Origin: Schmidtea nova
Taxonomy: Eukaryota
DNA length: 64,000 nt
NCBI GenBank assembly: GCA_044892505.1
Contig: CM097882.1
Location: forward strand, 43,462,001 to 43,526,000
Reading direction: 5' to 3'
In this document: positions 63,301 to 64,000 of the stretch, in pieces
Numbering within the stretch: the first letter of the stretch is position 1
Layout of the letters: each line of letters opens with the position of its first letter
Translations under genes and position numbers: made by a program
Notes under the pieces: model-generated
Database searches by the model: none
What the model was told of the DNA's origin: nothing
What the model saw: only the letters and a program-made list of their open reading frames with translations

Positions 63301-64000
63301 TAAAAAGCTAGAGAAATGTTTAAATTTACCAAGCAATACTTTGAATGAAAAAGAGAAATTAGCAAAAGAATTAAGCAGCACAAACCGACTATTAGATCAG
63401 CAACTAGCTCAAATAAATGACTTGAAAACGCAATGTGAATCATTAGAAAATAGTTCTGCAGTTGAGGAGATTTTGGGCAAATTGGAATCCTTAAAAGAAC
63501 AATGTATTGCAAAGAGAGCAGAAATAGAAGATAGGAAATACGAAAATGAATCTGACATCAAAATTCAAGCAGCTTTAGAAAACAATCTCAAAATATTTTC
63601 TGATTTAATGAATGAAACTGACAATGAAATGAAAGATTCACTCTCCAAACTTACTGAAGAATCAGCAGTAAAGGAAAATTTACAAAAATTACAAGTATAT
63701 AATTTTAACCTTTTTTAATTATAAAAAATTGATTTTGTATACAGAACCTTAAATACAAACTAGAAACTGGAAAAAAAATAGCTGACGAAATTGAAAAGCA
63801 AAAAAATGATTTCAATGCTCCTCAAAATTGTCTACTAGCCTGTGAAAATGTGGGAAAAAATTATTCGGATCTCAAAGAGGAAATAAATAAAATTGAAGAT
63901 AATTTAAATGTGATGAAAAATAATTGGTCCGAATACGATTCTGCCAAATTGAAAATTGAAGAATCTTTACAAACAATTAGTCATGATATAGAAAATATGC
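19133..64000 (+). CDS. SYNE1: Nesprin-1/SYNE1-like giant actin-binding spectrin-repeat protein (5' part; continues past window end)
   Basis: GT-AG exons: 19133-19178, 19448-19509, 22087-22182, 22227-22313, 34321-34413, 34461-34579, 34635-(gap)-35181, 35234-35350, 35404-35703, 44122-44394, 46174-46425, 46477-46692, 51808-52035, 52085-52387, 52819-52971, 55879-56043, 56324-56665, 61849-61989, 62885-63694, 63745->64000. All joins are in frame. CH1 DEQEKMQKKTFTKWMNSYL, CH2 SWCDGRAFNALVH...KPDEKSIMTYVAQFL and post-CH DLDKTLPGILGSEIGSWL closely resemble nesprin-1. Orthology would need the KASH domain, which is outside the window. Confidence 0.85.
20995..21260 (+). repeat. Dispersed repeat with tandem GGGTTTTCC-like motifs (copy 2)
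   Basis: Homologous by eye to 16580-16900. Confidence 0.6.
21686..21885. repeat. Palindromic repeat family copy (arms around a 4 nt spacer)
   Basis: CCATAATGGTAAGA...TTTCGGCACAGCCTATATCA-tact-TGATAAAGGCTGTGCCGAAA...TCTTACCATTATGG. Confidence 0.85.
22676..25700 (-). mobile_element. Degraded Ty3/gypsy pol (PR-RT-RNase H-IN) in nesprin intron 4; gag absent
   Basis: PR WDSGASLSVM; RT FTSIDLGQAYYQV and FNRLPFELATAPATFQR (the YxDD segment appears deleted); RNase H FILDTD and HGNADGISR; IN HHCC, IIDRFSK and TGFSPFEIVFGR. A purine tract AAAGAAAAGGGGAG ends it. Many frameshifts and stops. Confidence 0.92.
26739..30648 (-). mobile_element. Full-span Ty3/gypsy (Mag/K02A2.6-like) retrotransposon, 3910 bp, short LTRs, TATTC TSD
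   Basis: 3' LTR 26739-26851 (TGTTA...TAACA) follows the PPT GAGAAGGAGA. 5' LTR is 30563-30648. TSD TATTC lies at 26734-26738 and 30649-30653. Coding motifs: gag knuckle region CKLCGKRNHLAKVC, PR LDTGA, RT YQDD, RNase H, IN (HIDWAH, LVSDNATEF, ANGSAERAV). Several frameshifts. Confidence 0.95.
31100..32880 (-). pseudogene. Decayed chuvirus-like / gB-type (class III fusion) envelope glycoprotein gene
   Basis: Successive minus-strand blocks: hydrophobic IIMTIAILLSII; YCQGGEY...NDVVIREFIV; CTSKEISCDTG; CGKSIIHANY; YYNNKIDY..VC*LNRKILRTKMILVITNPDLMA; ARVVGEVIQTFQCKQVSV...CTNELPVIYKGERVYLQPITRIL; LFSNEAI..HLLFSNEKKKVLTVI. Order and Cys spacing match my recollection of chuviral-like glycoprotein EVEs. 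Stops and frameshifts throughout. Confidence 0.8.
33745..33980. repeat. Palindromic repeat family copy, right arm ending at an N-gap
   Basis: CCATAATGGATGACAATAGATCAAAATTTCTTAAAATAAGTACACA ... TGTGTACTTATTTAAAGAAATTTTGATCTATTGTCATCCATTAT. Confidence 0.85.
34321..35703 (+). CDS. SYNE1: Nesprin-like exon cluster: end of CH1, CH2 and start of rod
   Basis: IKFVNINPSDVVDGKPAIVLGLVWTAILHFQ|IEEQEE...LMAWTNNALSD|KYGLNIKDFGESWCDGRAFNALVH... with 47-55 bp introns. An N-gap at 34819-35059 interrupts the CH2 exon. Confidence 0.9.
36063..36529 (+). mobile_element. Internally deleted hAT element retaining the transposase C-terminal dimerisation fragment
   Basis: Starts CAGGCCCGGCCC and encodes IKTYLRSTMTEDRLNNLAIISIEN...AIEKFADMKARK. 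The direct repeat TGACTCCTT is present at both junctions (36054-36062, 36528-36536). The right TIR is degenerate. Confidence 0.8.
38300..39705 (+). mobile_element. 5'-truncated non-LTR retrotransposon with restriction-like endonuclease (R2/NeSL-type)
   Basis: ORF 39061-39705: WRFLIKARANML, CCHC knuckle CRKCDQQESASHVINHC, KHN, RPG (canonical RPD), IVDIKCPF, KYEKY-like, FVVCSLGTW. Upstream fragments are degraded. Confidence 0.88.
40343..40723 (+). mobile_element. Probable second non-LTR retroelement fragment
   Basis: GC-richer degraded frame adjacent to the RLE element, loosely like the linker preceding RLE domains. No diagnostic motif. Confidence 0.3.
42205..42403. repeat. Palindromic repeat family copy: perfect ~72 bp arms with tandem ACTTGATAAAT(AC) spacer
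   Basis: ACTATAGATCAAAAAATTTTTTTTATAAACAATAACACAATATTTCGGCACAGCCTTTATCAAGTGTGTATT is exactly mirrored. The spacer is ~4 copies of a 13-15 nt unit taken from the arm's inner end. Confidence 0.92.
42548..42700 (+). mobile_element. Ty3/gypsy integrase C-terminal tail and PPT
   Basis: YEGPYRVIQKVHDRRFLL...RNVEKRKKF (GPY/F motif), followed by the purine tract AAAGAAGGGGGA. Confidence 0.7.
42821..43490 (+). mobile_element. Penelope-like element 3' part (thumb plus GIY-YIG endonuclease)
   Basis: LLNKNGYSKAF; VIPYSEG; LVYKFSCNGCNATYIGETSRHLRTRVQEH. After a frameshift at ~43380 it continues KWERILCEALVIKSQSPTINIQSATNLLRLFN*. Confidence 0.92.
43552..43601 (+). ncRNA. Minimal type-I hammerhead ribozyme motif in the Penelope 3' repeat
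   Basis: CTGATGA (43562-43568), T, stem II GAGGAC-TAT-GTCCTT, GAAA, palindromic ATATAT stem III. Stem I (AGA/TCT plus G-U pairs) is imperfect. It lies ~70 nt downstream of the Penelope ORF stop. Confidence 0.7.
43790..43933 (+). mobile_element. Penelope-like RT fragment (motif A remnant), with a second ~50 bp copy at 42497-42547
   Basis: GAAATTGTTTGATTCGATGCCGAAAGGTTTGTTTAAATATT is a decayed EIVSFDAESLFTNI, followed by a GNVFSSNLE-like segment (ANIFMxxLE). Confidence 0.5.
44122..46692 (+). CDS. SYNE1: Nesprin-like rod exons 44122-44394, 46174-46425, 46477-46692
   Basis: Stop-free helical E/K/L-rich frames with AG/GT boundaries. All are phase 0 and carry Trp at spectrin-like positions. Confidence 0.8.
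45680..45770. repeat. Palindromic repeat family, single arm
   Basis: AATACACACTTGATAAAGGCTGTGCCGGAATATTGTGTACTTATTTAAAGAAATTTTGATCTATAGTCATCCATTATGGG. Other partial copies occur at ~14449-14480, 33019-33054, 51580-51750 and 56908-56997. Confidence 0.85.
48244..50223 (-). mobile_element. hAT transposase (ZNF862/C17orf113-like), 659 codons with one premature stop
   Basis: The two listed ORFs are in the same frame, separated only by TAA at 49066-49068. Motifs: zinc finger CMFC...HLSCKSH, LMVDESTD, FTSDGASVM, QHCVAHR, VRWLS, DCERGFSLMN..KLRNRL. TIRs not confidently located. Confidence 0.93.
51136..51228. repeat. Perfect 45 bp inverted repeat with 3 nt loop
   Basis: TGTTATCGAAAGACATAAAACTCGTTTTTTTAAAAATATATTATT-att-exact reverse complement. 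Confidence 0.95.
51808..52971 (+). CDS. SYNE1: Nesprin-like rod exons 51808-52035, 52085-52387, 52819-52971
   Basis: Open phase-0 exons with canonical splice sites; helical pattern such as SIEQWINELDQ. Confidence 0.8.
53033..54322 (-). mobile_element. Full-length mariner element (1290 bp), transposase disrupted
   Basis: ~42 bp TIRs CGTGGTGTG(C/T)CCAATAAGTCATGAGCCTAACAAAGAAAAACAA with TA flanks. The ORF relic runs from ATG 54165 to ~53128 with DERSGRP, IVTMD, HDNAP and YSPDLAPLDFYLF. It has a stop at codon 3 and frameshifts. Confidence 0.96.
54323..54386. repeat. (TA)n microsatellite expanded from the mariner TA target site
   Basis: About 32 TA units with one TG interruption, directly abutting the TIR. 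Confidence 0.9.
55879..56665 (+). CDS. SYNE1: Nesprin-like rod exons 55879-56043 and 56324-56665
   Basis: Open phase-0 exons; LTDWQDFKLTKDQI resembles a spectrin helix A. Confidence 0.8.
58837..59292. mobile_element. hAT MITE, 456 bp
   Basis: TIRs CAGTGGCGGAACT / AGTTCCGCCGCTG (12/13 match). 8 bp TSD CTCTGAAT / ATCTGAAT (7/8). Internal GGGCCC motifs. Confidence 0.88.
61849..64000 (+). CDS. SYNE1: Nesprin-like rod exons 61849-61989, 62885-63694, 63745->64000
   Basis: Open phase-0 exons with spectrin-like Trp motifs (SFHDWLSQADQL, NNWSEYDSAK). Confidence 0.85.

Noticed and set aside
1-64000. CRISPR arrays, operons, rRNA or tRNA genes; species identification
   Set aside because: No regularly spaced repeat-spacer pattern, cloverleaf or rRNA-like region was seen, and the architecture is eukaryotic. 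AT-richness and ~50 bp introns fit a reduced invertebrate genome but do not identify a taxon.

Overview
This is a very AT-rich eukaryotic (metazoan) genomic scaffold with six N-gaps. The species cannot be established from sequence alone. Two divergently oriented intron-containing host genes can be reconstructed. One is a signal-peptide plus Ig V-type cell-surface protein on the minus strand (start 6296, running off the left edge). The other is a giant nesprin-1/SYNE1-type gene (two calponin-homology domains plus a spectrin-like rod) starting at 19133 and running off the right edge. Nesprin introns are either 44-55 bp or 0.3-12 kb, and the long ones are packed with transposon debris. Mobile DNA includes a TSD-bounded 3.9 kb Ty3/gypsy with ~113 bp LTRs, other gypsy relics, a decayed chuvirus-like (gB-type, class III fusion) envelope gene, an RLE-type non-LTR element and Penelope-like fragments with a hammerhead ribozyme motif. 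It also includes a hAT transposase disrupted by one stop, a full-length mariner, several MITEs, an abundant palindromic repeat family and an unexplained dispersed hairpin-motif family. No rRNA, tRNA or CRISPR features were found. All homology calls are motif recognition by eye, not database searches.
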